Below, one piece after another: positions 30,352 through 40,889 of a stretch of 64,000 bases of DNA. Origin of the DNA: Myxococcota bacterium (GTDB lineage: Bacteria; Myxococcota_A; UBA9160; SZUA-336). Location: assembly GCA_965247115.1 (NCBI GenBank), contig CBDFGR010000002.1:768001-832000 (forward strand), read 5' to 3'. A model generated the notes under the pieces. The model saw nothing but the letters and a program-made list of their open reading frames with translations. It was not told the DNA's origin and searched no databases. Every line of letters starts with the position of its first letter. The first letter of the stretch is position 1. The translations under genes and the position numbers were made by a program.

Positions 30352-31701
30352 TCAAACCAAGAACTTGAGATCGGCGTGGAAAGTCGGGTAGGCGTACACG
30401 CGCGACGCGATCTCTGCGGCAGGAATGTCCTTCTCGATTGCGAGGGCGAAGGTGTGGATGGTCTCCTCGGCACCGTGCCCTACGAGGTGCGCACCGAGGA
30501 TGTGACCGGTCCCTCTTTCGACCAGGACTTTCGCCCAGGCAGTGGTCTCCGCGTGGGTGCGGGCGGAGCGCCACTCCCGCATGTCGTTCATCCGCACCTC
30601 GAAGTCGAGCTCTGCCGCGGAGGCTTCGGCCTCGCTCAACCCGACGGTCGCCAGCGCAGGAACGGTGAAGACAGCAGCAGGCTGGAACCCGTACTTCGCC
30701 GCTCGGAGCTCCTCGTGAGTCAGGTTGTGCCCGACGATCCTCCCCTCGTAGGTGGCGAGGGGGGAAAGCTGCGGCCGGTCAGGAAGCGAATCCCCCGCAA
30801 AGAAGACATCGGGATTCTCGAGGCTGCGCAGATACTCGTCGAGCTCGACCCGACCCTGGTCGAGCGTGATCCCCGCCGCAGCCAGGTCCAGCCCGGCCAG
30901 ATCTGCGACCCGGCCGGCGCCGTTCACACCTACCTTGCCGCTCGCCACGGCCTTGCTGCCGCCGACCCGATAGTGGACGTCCTGTCCACCGCTGTGATTC
31001 TCGATCCGATCGATCGTAACGGAGGTCTCGATCTGCACGCCGAGGGCGCGCGTCAGCTCCGCGATTCGATGAGTCGCATCCGCGTCGAGCGTGGGTAGCA
31101 CGCGCGGCGCCACCTCGAGCAGCGTGACGCGTGTGCCCGCCCGCGCGAACACGTGCGCGAACTCAAACGCGATCACGCCCGCGCCCACAAAGACCATCGA
31201 GTCCGGCAGGGCAGCAAGCTCGAGGAGATCGTCGCTCGTGATCAGATGCTCCGCGCCGGGGATCGGAAGCGGACGCGGCGTCGAGCCCGTCGCCACGACG
31301 ACCTTGTCTCCGGAGTAGCGTCGACCGCGGACTTCGACTTCGCGCGGACCCGTGAAGCGTGCTTGCCCGCGCACCAGGTCGATGCCGCGGTTGACGAGGC
31401 TCTTCTCGAACTCTTCAGGCACGCCATCGACAAAGGTCCGCTTGCGCTCGATGAGCCGTGGCCAGTCCAGCGTCGCAGGGCCAACCGAGATCTCATGCGT
31501 CCCGGCCCGGGCGATTTCATCGAGTGCCTGAGCGGCCGCAACGAGGACCTTCTTCGGGACGCACCCGCGAAGCGGGCACACTCCCCCCACATCGCGCCCC
31601 TCGACCACCAACGCTCGCTTCTCCGCTGCCCGAGCCGTTCCAGCCGCAGCGAGGCCTGCGTTTCCCGCTCCCAGAACCAAGACGTCGTAGTCAGTGAGCA
31701 T
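30352..31701 (-). CDS. Pyridine nucleotide-disulfide oxidoreductase (glutathione reductase-like)
   Basis: GAGNAG, GGVCPLRGCVPKK, GAGVIAFE, YAYPT. Confidence 0.92.
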   Translation of the reverse strand: MLTDYDVLVLGAGNAGLAAAGTARAAEKRALVVEGRDVGGVCPLRGCVPKKVLVAAAQALDEIARAGTHEISVGPATLDWPRLIERKRTFVDGVPEEFEKSLVNRGIDLVRGQARFTGPREVEVRGRRYSGDKVVVATGSTPRPLPIPGAEHLITSDDLLELAALPDSMVFVGAGVIAFEFAHVFARAGTRVTLLEVAPRVLPTLDADATHRIAELTRALGVQIETSVTIDRIENHSGGQDVHYRVGGSKAVASGKVGVNGAGRVADLAGLDLAAAGITLDQGRVELDEYLRSLENPDVFFAGDSLPDRPQLSPLATYEGRIVGHNLTHEELRAAKYGFQPAAVFTVPALATVGLSEAEASAAELDFEVRMNDMREWRSARTHAETTAWAKVLVERGTGHILGAHLVGHGAEETIHTFALAIEKDIPAAEIASRVYAYPTFHADLKFLV

Positions 31702-31769
31702 CGAGCTCTCCTCTTCGCCGGTGGGGGGCTAGGAGCTTCCGCGAATGCGGCGCGTTCTACAACGAATTT

Positions 31770-32678
31770 CTATTGGGCGCGACGGCTCTCCTCGAGGAGC
31801 CAGTCACGGAACGCGACGACCTTGGGCCGCTCCGCCGCAACGTGCGGACACACGAAGAAGAACGCGAGCTCCATCGGGAGCGTGAGGTCGAAGGGGATGG
31901 CGAGGCGGCTGGCGGCCAAGTCTGCGGCCGCGAGGGTGCGCCAGCCGAGTACCATGCCAGCGCCGTCAATCGCGGCCTGCATGGCGTGGTCGGGGTGGCT
32001 GAAGTGCGGGCCGCGTGAGGCGTCGACGTCCGTCGCGCCTGCGGCCTTCAGCCACATGGGCCAGTCTGGAGCGGCCCGGTCGAAGCGCAGCGAGTCATCG
32101 TGAATGAGCACGTGGTGCCGCAGATCCGCTGGTGTTCCGAGCGGATGCGGACCTTCGATCAGATCCGGCCGACACATCGGCACGACGGACTCCGCGAAGA
32201 GCTTGCGCACGTCAAGACCGGGGTAGGACCCGCGACCCAGGCGGATCGCCGCGTCGAAGCCGTCCCGATCGAAGTCCACAAGCTCGAGGCTGGCCGAGAT
32301 CCGCACGTCGATCTCCGGGTGCGCAGCGTCGAATCGCTCCAGGCGCGGAACTAACCACTTCGACGCAAACGCGGGAGCCACGCTCACGTGCACGGGACCC
32401 CGCGTGTCGTGGTCCCCCAGTCGTTCAATTGCCTCCGCCAGCCGGTCGAAGCCTTCGCTGAGTCCGGGGAGGCAGGCCTGGCCGGCGTCAGTGAGCAGGA
32501 GCGAGTTCCCCACACGCCGAAAGAGCTTCACGCCCAGGTAGCCCTCGAGCCCTTTCACCTGGTGGCTGACTGCCGCGGGAGTGACGTGCAGTTCGCTGGC
32601 GGCCTTCGTGAGGCTGAGGTGCCGGCCCGCGGCCTCAAACGCCCGGAGTGCATTGAGAGGGGGTAGATCTCGAGCCAT
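31770..32678 (-). CDS. LysR-family regulator, GcvA type
   Basis: LPPLNALRAFEAAGRHLS...VTPAAVSHQV; WLVPRL. Confidence 0.92.
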   Translation of the reverse strand: MARDLPPLNALRAFEAAGRHLSLTKAASELHVTPAAVSHQVKGLEGYLGVKLFRRVGNSLLLTDAGQACLPGLSEGFDRLAEAIERLGDHDTRGPVHVSVAPAFASKWLVPRLERFDAAHPEIDVRISASLELVDFDRDGFDAAIRLGRGSYPGLDVRKLFAESVVPMCRPDLIEGPHPLGTPADLRHHVLIHDDSLRFDRAAPDWPMWLKAAGATDVDASRGPHFSHPDHAMQAAIDGAGMVLGWRTLAAADLAASRLAIPFDLTLPMELAFFFVCPHVAAERPKVVAFRDWLLEESRRAQ

Positions 32679-32820
32679 ATCAGGATTGAGAATATCTAAA
32701 TTCTAAGTTGAGAACAAATCGTTTGCCGCGCCGCTAACTGGCTCCTATCTGTCGAAACTGTTGCGGACGCTCGACGTCATAGAAGCTCAAGGGATTTAGG
32801 GAAACTCAAGGAGAAGGAAG

Positions 32821-33753
32821 ATGATTGACCTGTACACCGCGGCTACCCCCAACGGCCACAAGGCGTCCCGCCCGTTCAGGCTGGTCGACGCATCGCTCAG
32901 CTTCATTGTGCCGCAGGACACCAAGCCCCGTTTAGAGAGCTCGACCTCGTCGGGGCGGATCCCAGAGGTCTTCCCGCTGATCGAGGAGCGCGTGGTGGCG
33001 ATCCACGACATGCGCGCGGAGGCTGACACGCTATCGATCGACCGCCAAGGCTTCGAGCTGCTCCGCCACGTCACCTCGGTCGACGACCTCTACGATCACA
33101 CGGCGGTCCGGTCGGTCTACGAGCGCGAGCTCGAGAGCCTCCTCATCGAAGCGACCGGGGCGGACCGGGTGCAGATCTTTGACTACACGCGTCGGTCAGA
33201 CCACGGGGAAGGCACCGCGAACCCCGAAGGCCAGCGGAGGCCGGCCGGGCGTGTCCACGTCGACTACACCGTGGCCTCGGGACCGATCCGAGCCGCAGAC
33301 ACCCTGGGTGCGGACGAGGTCGAACGTATCCTCCGCACAGGAGGGCGCATCGCACAGGTCAACGTATGGCGGCCGATCGCAGGTCCGGTGCAGAGCTCGC
33401 CGCTCGCACTCGCGGACGCGAGAAGTGTCGGCGAGTCAGAGCTGGTGGCCACCCCGCGGGTGTCCCAAGACCGGATCGGCGAGATCTACCTGATCGCTCA
33501 CGCGCCGGGGCAGAAGTGGTACTGGGCGCCAGAGATGGAGCGCGACGAGGTTCTCCTGATCAAGGGGTGGGACAGCCTCCAGGACGGGCGCTCGCGGTTC
33601 ACTCCTCACGGGTCGTTCACCCTCCCCGATCAGTCCCTGGCTCCGCCACGAGAGAGCATCGAGGCACGCACCTACCTTGTATTCGAAGGGTTGCCGCTGG
33701 TTGGAGCGCCTCGAAGCGCGCCCGGCAGTTCAGCGCAGGCTGATGGTGCCTGA
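32821..33753 (+). CDS. CmcJ/NvfI-family oxidoreductase with a GST-derived N-terminus
   Basis: FDYTRR, HVDYT, NVWRPI, PLALAD, TPHGSF, RESIEAR; first 16 aa MIDLYTAATPNGHKAS are GST-like. Confidence 0.8.
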   Translation: MIDLYTAATPNGHKASRPFRLVDASLSFIVPQDTKPRLESSTSSGRIPEVFPLIEERVVAIHDMRAEADTLSIDRQGFELLRHVTSVDDLYDHTAVRSVYERELESLLIEATGADRVQIFDYTRRSDHGEGTANPEGQRRPAGRVHVDYTVASGPIRAADTLGADEVERILRTGGRIAQVNVWRPIAGPVQSSPLALADARSVGESELVATPRVSQDRIGEIYLIAHAPGQKWYWAPEMERDEVLLIKGWDSLQDGRSRFTPHGSFTLPDQSLAPPRESIEARTYLVFEGLPLVGAPRSAPGSSAQADGA

Positions 33754-33865
33754 GCCACGCGACCGGAAGAGCGAACCAGAAGTCCAGCGTGCCGTGAGCT
33801 ACGCGCGCCGAATGCTGGCCTGAACCGGCTCACGTCATTGAGCCACCCAAGAAAGGAGAGCTCAG

Positions 33866-34285
33866 ATGCATGCATTCATGAGATTCAACCAGGGACTGCT
33901 GGCGCTGCCCCATCACTTGCAGGCGTGGGTGCTTCTGCTGATCAGCGTCAACCTCGTCACCCCGTTCTTTTTCCTAGGGCACGTGGAGGCGCAGGCCGTT
34001 TTGGTCGCCGGCGCGCTCGGCATGGTACTCATGACGGCACTCACCGCCCGCTTCGGCTTCAGCCGAATCATCGGCCTGGGACACATCGCCTGGGTACCCC
34101 TTCTGGGCTTCCTGTGGATACAGCTCCCCGATGTCCCGGCGACCGATGCCTTCGGGCTGTGGCTCCGGGCCGTCATCGTGCTCGACGCAATCTCGCTCGC
34201 GTTCGATGCCGTCGACGTGGTCCGCTTCGCACTCGGCGACCGCGCAGAGACAGTGCCGACGCTGGCGCCTGCGCGCGGAGAATAG
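33866..34285 (+). CDS. Hypothetical membrane protein
   Basis: About four hydrophobic segments; AAGGAG RBS. Confidence 0.75.
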   Translation: MHAFMRFNQGLLALPHHLQAWVLLLISVNLVTPFFFLGHVEAQAVLVAGALGMVLMTALTARFGFSRIIGLGHIAWVPLLGFLWIQLPDVPATDAFGLWLRAVIVLDAISLAFDAVDVVRFALGDRAETVPTLAPARGE

Positions 34286-34289
34286 ACTC

Positions 34290-35027
34290 GTGGCCACCAA
34301 CGAGCCCGGCATCTTCGAGATCATCAACACTACGCGGGCGATGAAGCGGCTGAAGCCGAACCCCGTGCCGCTCGAGCTCCTCCGCAAGGTGCTCGACGCC
34401 GGCACGAAAGCGCCGAGCGGAGTCAACACGCAACCGTGGGAGTTCCTGGTCGTGCGGGACCCCGAGACGAAGAAGTGGGTCCAGGAGCGCTACCTGCACT
34501 TCACGAAGGAGCGCTTCGGCGCCCTCGTCGACTCGCTCGAAGGAGTGGACACCCCACACCCGCGAATGCTCCGCACCGTGATGCACCTGGCCGAGCACCT
34601 GCACGAGGCGCCGGTGCTGCTCTTCGTCTGCGGCCACCGGGACTGGCCCGCCGCAGTGCCGGCCGAGCAGCGCGTGGGCAAGGCGCCAGCGCCTTACGGG
34701 TCGATCTACCCCTGCATGCAGAACATCCTGCTCGCTTGCCGTGCCGTTGGGCTCGGCGCCTCGCCGACGACGATGCATCACATGTTCGAGGAGGAGCTCG
34801 CCCAGCACCTCGGGGTGCCCGAGGATGTCGCCATCGTCGCTCTGCTTCCGATCGGATTCCCGCAGGGCCGCTTCGGACCCGTGACGCGGAAGCCGGCCGG
34901 GGACCTCAGCCACTTCGACCGCTGGGGCCGGCGGGACAGCGGCCCCGTTCTTAGTCCAGAACATATCGCCCCGCGGTACAGCGCGGAGCAGATCGTAGAG
35001 AAAGGAGACGAGAAATGTCGTACCTGA
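34290..35027 (+). CDS. Nitroreductase family protein
   Basis: TTRAMKRL, KAPSGVNTQPWEF, QNILLACRAVGLG, PIGFP. Confidence 0.88.
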   Translation: MATNEPGIFEIINTTRAMKRLKPNPVPLELLRKVLDAGTKAPSGVNTQPWEFLVVRDPETKKWVQERYLHFTKERFGALVDSLEGVDTPHPRMLRTVMHLAEHLHEAPVLLFVCGHRDWPAAVPAEQRVGKAPAPYGSIYPCMQNILLACRAVGLGASPTTMHHMFEEELAQHLGVPEDVAIVALLPIGFPQGRFGPVTRKPAGDLSHFDRWGRRDSGPVLSPEHIAPRYSAEQIVEKGDEKCRT

Positions 35028-35569
35028 GCTACTCGAAGGATTTCCAAGGCGTCGCCGAGGTCTTCCTGCGCGACCCCAATCGCTACGCGCCGCTCTTACA
35101 GTTCATCGAGGCCGTCATGGTCGACGAGTCGGCCCTTACCAAAGCCGAACGAGAGATGATCGCCGCCCACGTCTCGAAGCTAAACGGCTGTGACTACTGC
35201 CTGGGTGTCCATCAATCGACCCTAGTTGGCCTGCACATCGACTCCCAGGTGATAGCTGCCGTCGAGGAGGGACCGGAGGCTGCTGGCGTCGACGACAGGC
35301 TCCGCCCCATCCTTCGCTTCGCCACCAAGCTGACGCAGACGCCCGAGGATGTGGGGCAATCCGACATCGACGCCCTGCGCGCTGCCGGATGGTCCGACCA
35401 ATCCATAGAAGACACGATCAACGTCATCGCCCTCTACAGCTACATGAATCGCCTGGTCGACGCCTTCGGCATCAAGGGTCATGAGGCGTACTTCAAGCAG
35501 GTGGGCGCGGCCCTCGCCAAGCACGGTTACGCCCCGCTTATCAGGACCGCGCTGAAGAAGGCGAGCTGA
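35015..35569 (+). CDS. AhpD/carboxymuconolactone decarboxylase-like peroxidase-related protein
   Basis: EREMIAAHVSKLNGCDYCLGVH, MNRLVDAFG. Confidence 0.88.
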   Translation: MSYLSYSKDFQGVAEVFLRDPNRYAPLLQFIEAVMVDESALTKAEREMIAAHVSKLNGCDYCLGVHQSTLVGLHIDSQVIAAVEEGPEAAGVDDRLRPILRFATKLTQTPEDVGQSDIDALRAAGWSDQSIEDTINVIALYSYMNRLVDAFGIKGHEAYFKQVGAALAKHGYAPLIRTALKKAS

Positions 35570-35620
35570 CCACACGATTAGTACACCTAAAGCCTCGACC
35601 AAAGGAACGGAGAAAAGGCA

Positions 35621-35675
35621 ATGAGCAAGTTGAGTAACAAAGTCGCAGTCGCTACCGGAGGAAGCAGTGGAAGCC
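35621..35675 (+). pseudogene. SDR oxidoreductase N-terminal fragment
   Basis: MSKLSNKVAVATGGSSG with RBS, then the homology ends. Confidence 0.65.
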
Positions 35676-36133
35676 AATGCCCCTTGAACTCGGCCTCTGG
35701 TCCACTTGGTCCGCTTGATTTGAGAGAATGGGAGACAAGGGAATCTAAGTTGGTCGAACTTGGATTCGTCTGTCGGACAATGCGGCTCGCATCGCGGACC
35801 AAGCGGGCCCCCGCAGAACCTTCAGTCAAAGCGGGGGCTTGTGGTGGCCCGCTCGCGGGCCACGTTCCGGTAGTTGCGGACCACTCGCCGCGTGGCCGGC
35901 CGCTGCCGAGTGGCTCGGCCTGTTTGCCCCAGACGGGGAAAGACCAGCTCGGCGGGATGCAACGTTCGGTTACAGTGCTTCGGGACCTTGCACAGCGTCG
36001 CCCTGCTCCGCGATCGCTCGACGACGCTGCGAGTTGGCTTCGCGTCGCGCCTGTTCTCGCGTTAGCGACGCCCGCCGGCGCCCACGCGGAGTGAAGCGTG
36101 CGGGGGAACAGGGTGGAGACCGAGGAGGTAGAG

Positions 36134-36234
36134 GAGTGAGGGTGAAGACAGTGGCTGCGGTGGAGGTCGCCCCGCTGTGAAGACCCCCTCCTCGGGGACC
36201 GGGACCTAGAAGTCGGGACCCGAAGGTCGTCGAG
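36134..36234 (+). repeat. 101-bp direct repeat (copy 1) flanking iorAB
   Basis: Matches 39048-39148 with three substitutions. Confidence 0.9.
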
Positions 36235-36257
36235 CCGATTGGGCTATGCTCCCACCC

Positions 36258-36722
36258 ATGATCACATTCTCGTTGAACGGCGAAATCGTGCAGCTCAACG
36301 TCGAGCCCGACACCCCGGTGCTCTGGGCGATCCGAGACGAGATCGGCCTGACCGGAACCAAGTTCGGCTGCGGCATCGGCCAGTGCGGTGCCTGCACCGT
36401 GCAGCTCGACGGCACACCGGTGCGGAGCTGCCAGCTCCCGGTGACGGCGCTCGAGGGCCGCAACGTGACCACGGTCGAGGGACTCTCTCCCGACGGCGCG
36501 CACCCGCTCCAGCGCGCCTGGGTCGAGTTCAGCGTACCGCAGTGCGGCTACTGCCAGTCCGGACAGCTCATGTCGGCGGCGGCGCTGCTCGCGGACAAGC
36601 CGGATCCGAGCGACGACGACATCGACGCCGCCATGTCGGGGAACATCTGCCGCTGCGGCACCTACAACCGGATCCGCGCCGCCATACATCGGGCGGCGGA
36701 GCTCCAGAGGGAGGGCGCGTGA
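36258..36722 (+). CDS. iorA: Isoquinoline 1-oxidoreductase-type (2Fe-2S) alpha subunit
   Basis: [32 protein letters not shown]. Confidence 0.92.
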   Translation: MITFSLNGEIVQLNVEPDTPVLWAIRDEIGLTGTKFGCGIGQCGACTVQLDGTPVRSCQLPVTALEGRNVTTVEGLSPDGAHPLQRAWVEFSVPQCGYCQSGQLMSAAALLADKPDPSDDDIDAAMSGNICRCGTYNRIRAAIHRAAELQREGA

Positions 36723-38912
36723 TGGCGGGGGTCAGCCGGCGGGCGTTCCTCCAGGGCACGGGCGTCGCGGCCGGCGGCCTCCTCGCCGGCTGTGTGATCG
36801 GCAAGAGCGGAGTCACGCTCGCGTCCGAGCGCTCCTTCGACGGCGCGGCCTTCGACGCCTGGCTCCAGATCACGCCCGACGACCGGATCATCCTGCAGCT
36901 CGACAAGGTCGAGATGGGACAGGGCACCTCGACCGGCCTCGCGACGCTGCTCGCCGAGGAGCTCGAGGTCGACGCCGAGCGCATCGAGGTGCGCCACGCC
37001 CCGGTCCACGAGCAGTTCCAGGATCCGCTCCAGGTCACGGGCGGCAGCACCAGCATCCGGACGCGCTTCGAGCCGCTACGGCGCACCCGGGGCGCAGGCG
37101 CGCGAGCGCATGAAGCAGGTCGCGGCCGAGCGCTGGGGTGTGAGCCCCGAGCTCCTGCTGGCGGAGAACGGAACGATCCGCGACCCGTCGACCGACCGCT
37201 CGTTCCGCTACGGCGAGCTCGCCGGCGACGCCGCGCGCATCCCGGCGCCCGACGACGTGCCGCTCAAGTCGCCGTCCGAGTTCAAGCAGATCGGGCAGAG
37301 CTTCCCGCGGCTCGATGCGGAGGCCAAAGCGACCGGCCGTGCGAAGTTCGGTATCGACGCGCAGGTGCCGGGTCTGCGCACGGCCGTGGTCGTGCACTCG
37401 CCCCACCAGCGGGGTGTGCTCGTCTCCTTCGACGACGCGAAGGCGCGCGCGGTGCTCGGCGTGGAGGACGTGTTCGAAATCTCGACTGGCGTCGCGGTGG
37501 TGGCGACGAGCTACTGGCGCGCGCGCAAGGGCGCGAACGCGCTCGAGGTCACGTGGGACCCCGGCGAGAGCCGGGGCGTCTCGAGCGACTTCATCCGGCG
37601 GGAGCAGAGGCGTCGCCTCGACGAGGAGAGCGGCAAGACGGTGCGCGACGACGGCGACGTGGGGGACGCGTTCGAGGCCGCCGCGAAGGTGATCGAGGCC
37701 GAGTACTACGCGCCCTACCTGGCGCACGCGACGATGGAGCCGATGAACTGTACGGTCGTGCCGGGCGAGGGACGCTGCGACGTGTACCTCGGCACGCAGG
37801 CGCCCGACATCGCCCAGGAGTGGGTCGCGAGCAACATGGACTGCCCGCGCGAGGAGGTGTTCGTGCACAACGCCTTCCTCGGCGGAGGCTTCGGTCGGCG
37901 CGGCTTCTCGGACTACGCGGGCGAGGCGGCCGAGATCGCAAAGAGGACGGGGAAGCCGGTCAAGCTGGTCTGGTCGCGCGAGGACGACACGACCCAGGAC
38001 TACTATCGCCCCGCCTCGACCCACCGGCTGCGCGCCGGCTTCGACGAGGGCGGAAACGTGACCGCCTGGGAGCACCGCCTGGTGATCCCGGCCATCTTCC
38101 CGTACGTGACCGACGGGTCGCTGAGCACGCTCGCGCCCGAGTGGCTGCGCGGAGTCGCGAACTCGCTCGGCCAGGGCGTCGTCAACCTCGCGATGCGCTA
38201 CATGGGCCCCATGTCGGCGCGCGAGGGCGCGGCGGAGCTCCCGTACCGGATCGAGAACGTGCGCTTCAAGACACAGGGATGGGACCCGGGCATTCCGGTC
38301 GGCTTCTGGCGCTCGGTCGGCCACTCGCACAACGGTTTCGTCGTCGAGGGCTTCATCGACGAGCTCGCGCATGCGGCGGGCCGCGACCCGGCCAAGTTCA
38401 GGCGCGAGCTGCTCTCGGACCACCCCCGCCACCTGGCCGCGCTCGAGCTCGCGCTCGAGAAGTCGGTCTGGGGCTCACCGCCCGAGGGCCGCTACCAGGG
38501 CCTGGCGGTGCATGAGTCGTTCGAGTCGGTCGTAGCCGAGGTAGCGGAGGTCTCGGTCGAGAACGACCAGATCCGCGTGCACCGCGTCACGTGCGCGGTC
38601 GACTGTGGCATCGCCGTGAACCCCGACATCGTGCGCGCGCAGATGGAGAGCGGGATCATCTACGGCCTGACCGCCGCGCTGAAGGGCGAGATCACGTTCG
38701 AGGACGGGGCCGCGGTGCAGACCAACTTCCACGACTACCCGATGCTCCGAATGAACGAGACGCCCGCGATCGACGTGTACATCGTGCCGAGCGACGCCCC
38801 GCCGACGGGCGTTGGCGAGCCCGGCACGCCGCCGATCGGGCCCGCTGTCGCCAACGCGATCTACGCGGCAACGGGCGTGCGTCTCCGGGAGCTCCCGCTC
38901 CGGCTCGTCTAG
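36722..38912 (+). pseudogene. iorB: Molybdopterin-binding beta subunit (IorB type) with a +1 frameshift near 37087
   Basis: Tat motif SRRAFL, EMGQG, TGGSTS in one frame; [23 protein letters not shown] in the next; extra C in ACCCGGGG. Confidence 0.85.
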
Positions 38913-38944
38913 ACTCTACTCTGCGAACTTTGCCTCGGAACAGC

Positions 38945-39148
38945 GGGATCCTGGCATGGGTGTAGGTGAAGACGGGGGTCTTGGAGTGAGAGTCCCTCCT
39001 GGGGGATCCTGGCCTGGGGGCAGGTGAAGACGGGGGTCGTGGAGTGAGAGTGAGGGTGAAGACAGTGGCTGCGGTGGAGGTCGCCCCGCTGTGAAGACCT
39101 CCTCCTCGGGGACCGGGACCTAGAGGTCGGGACCCGAAGGCCGTCGAG
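38945..39148 (+). repeat. Two 49-bp tandem units plus 101-bp repeat copy 2; four GTGAAGAC motifs
   Basis: Units 38945-38993 and 39003-39051; 39048-39148 matches 36134-36234. Confidence 0.85.
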
Positions 39149-39180
39149 GTGGACCATCCTGCCAGCTCGCTCGTCCAGGT

Positions 39181-39513
39181 CTACATACGGCTACAGGGCA
39201 GCGTCTCGCCTCGAATCTCGATGCGACAATCCGCCAGGCGAAGGACGCGGCCCGCCGTCTCGGTAAGATCGAGGCCGCGAATCAGGAGGTTCGCGCGCCG
39301 CGCGACTGGATCGACTTTTACACCCAGCTCACCCGTCGCCGTCTCCCAGGCGTCCGCATCCAGAAGCGTTACTTGTCGGTACCCGCCGCGAGCTGCATTG
39401 CCTTCGATTCCCACATCCTTGATCAGATTCGCCGCATCGACCGGCTCCATCGGTCCCAGGCGACCCGTCTTTAGCCAGATCGCCTCGACGCGCGCGTCAC
39501 CGTTTGCTCCCAT
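39181..39513 (-). pseudogene. MOSC domain protein, truncated
   Basis: GIEGN...RQVTLL...RRANLLIRG...ETLPCSRM stop. Confidence 0.7.
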
Positions 39514-39866
39514 TAGTTCGAGGTCACTTCGAGAGTCGAGACGTGAAGGTTCAAGCCGTGGTTTACGCGGAGGCCGACGCTGCCATCGACGTGGTGGCCA
39601 GCCCGCTCGGTCGCGTACACCTCTTGGCCGTTTACGTGGAGGGTCAAGCGCTCGGCTCGGCCTCGACTGCGAGGACGTTCTTGACGGTGGGCGAGTCGGC
39701 GCCACGTCACTACCGCGTCGTGTGGCGTCCACCCGTGCAGCGTCGAGGTCGCCATGCCATCGCGACTCTTCACCAAGACGCTTCCGTCCTTCCGAATCAA
39801 GAAGTACGTATAAACCTGCGCTTCGCCCTCGAGGTCGCCGCCAAAGAAGATTCCGAACGAGGTCAC
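39513..39866 (-). CDS. Hypothetical protein
   Basis: 117-aa ORF with GAGG upstream, abutting the MOSC start. Confidence 0.4.
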   Translation of the reverse strand: MTSFGIFFGGDLEGEAQVYTYFLIRKDGSVLVKSRDGMATSTLHGWTPHDAVVTWRRLAHRQERPRSRGRAERLTLHVNGQEVYATERAGHHVDGSVGLRVNHGLNLHVSTLEVTSN

Positions 39867-40052
39867 GGTACCTCACTCCCGCACTCTTTCCACAGGTCGG
39901 GGCTCTTCTCATTTTATTCAATTGAATCAGTTAGTTAAGTCGTCTCTTGCATAATCGACGGGACGATCCCGCTGTCGCCGCTCGGGTGGGAGATGTGCCC
40001 CCGCTCAGCGGATACTCGGTCGTCACGCAGAAGGGGCCGAGGGCGACGCGAC

Positions 40053-40283
40053 TTGAGCAAAGTCCCACTGAGTATGTTGCGGGCTTTTCGGGATCAGCGA
40101 GGGCTACGTCAGATCGACGTGGCTTCGATGGCGGGAGTCGACCCCAAGGTTGTCAAGCGAATCGACCGGGGTGAGATCATGGGCATGAAGATGCGATCGC
40201 TCATACGCGTTGCCGCAGCGCTGAAGGTGAGTCCCGTGGATCTTGTACCTGGCCTTGCGGCTGTCCCGAAGCTACGGGACTAG
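40053..40283 (+). CDS. XRE-family HTH protein
   Basis: LRAFRDQRGLRQIDVASMAGV...IDRGE...VAAALKVSPVDL; start uncertain. Confidence 0.75.
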   Translation: MSKVPLSMLRAFRDQRGLRQIDVASMAGVDPKVVKRIDRGEIMGMKMRSLIRVAAALKVSPVDLVPGLAAVPKLRD

Positions 40284-40304
40284 ACGAGCTGGTAGACGAT
40301 CCTC

Positions 40305-40409
40305 GTGATTATTGTGATTTCTGTGACAGTCCCGCAAAAGGTCCTTTTGAACACATCATCTCTCTCTGATTCTTACGACACACCCCCTACACAAAATCAC
40401 AGTAATCAC
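40305..40409. repeat. AT-rich segment bounded by an iteron-like inverted repeat
   Basis: GTGATTATTGTGATTT (40305-40320) and AAATCACAGTAATCAC (40394-40409), 15/16 complementary. Confidence 0.75.
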
Positions 40410-40434
40410 AGAATTCGATCGTGCGGAGGTGGCC

Positions 40435-40827
40435 TTAGGGCGTGACGTCGACCAGCAGGCTGTCCGAGACGAGCCGACCGATTCCGGACTTCAGGAGCTC
40501 CTCGAGCCAGCTCTGAAACTCCGAATCGGCATACAGCTTCGCGTTGTTTGCTGCGAACGCGGCCAGGCTAGGGTGATCGATCACGATCGAGACGGTGTTC
40601 GTGTTGGGTCCGGCGAAGGTCGCCCGGAAGATCCGCGAAGCCGGGGCGCCGAGGCGCTTCCTGATCGCCATTACCTGCGACTGACGCTGCAGGAATTCGT
40701 CTAGCTGACCCGGTTGGACCTCGAACAGGATGACACGTCTTTGCGCGGGTCCCTGTGCCTGCGCGGCCGCGACTGCCGGCAAGCCAACCACAGTCGCCAG
40801 GAGTGTTAGAAGAGCCATTCGTCTCAC
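40435..40827 (-). CDS. Secreted hypothetical protein (dimeric alpha+beta barrel-like)
   Basis: Signal peptide ending AQA; FEVQPGQLDEF...SLAAF...DSEFQSW. Confidence 0.65.
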   Translation of the reverse strand: MRRMALLTLLATVVGLPAVAAAQAQGPAQRRVILFEVQPGQLDEFLQRQSQVMAIRKRLGAPASRIFRATFAGPNTNTVSIVIDHPSLAAFAANNAKLYADSEFQSWLEELLKSGIGRLVSDSLLVDVTP

Positions 40828-40889
40828 TCGCTCACGGCCGAGCGCGTCCTAGGAAGGAGGGTCCGTATAGGGCCGTGGGCCGTTCCCGA

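Noticed and set aside
37080..37095. Programmed frameshift in iorB (also in the permease near 44015)
   Set aside because: No recognisable slippery heptamer. A simple indel or sequencing error explains each, and these cannot be distinguished without reads.
36239..38515. 758-aa ORF and other long overlapping or antisense ORFs (e.g. 58340-60046, 48153-49556, 12143-13354)
   Set aside because: High-GC shadow frames of recognisable genes; only codons 36722-37087 of the 758-aa ORF are real (IorB N-terminus).
38945..39051. 49-bp tandem units as a mini-CRISPR
   Set aside because: Only two units with a 9-bp gap and no unique spacers.
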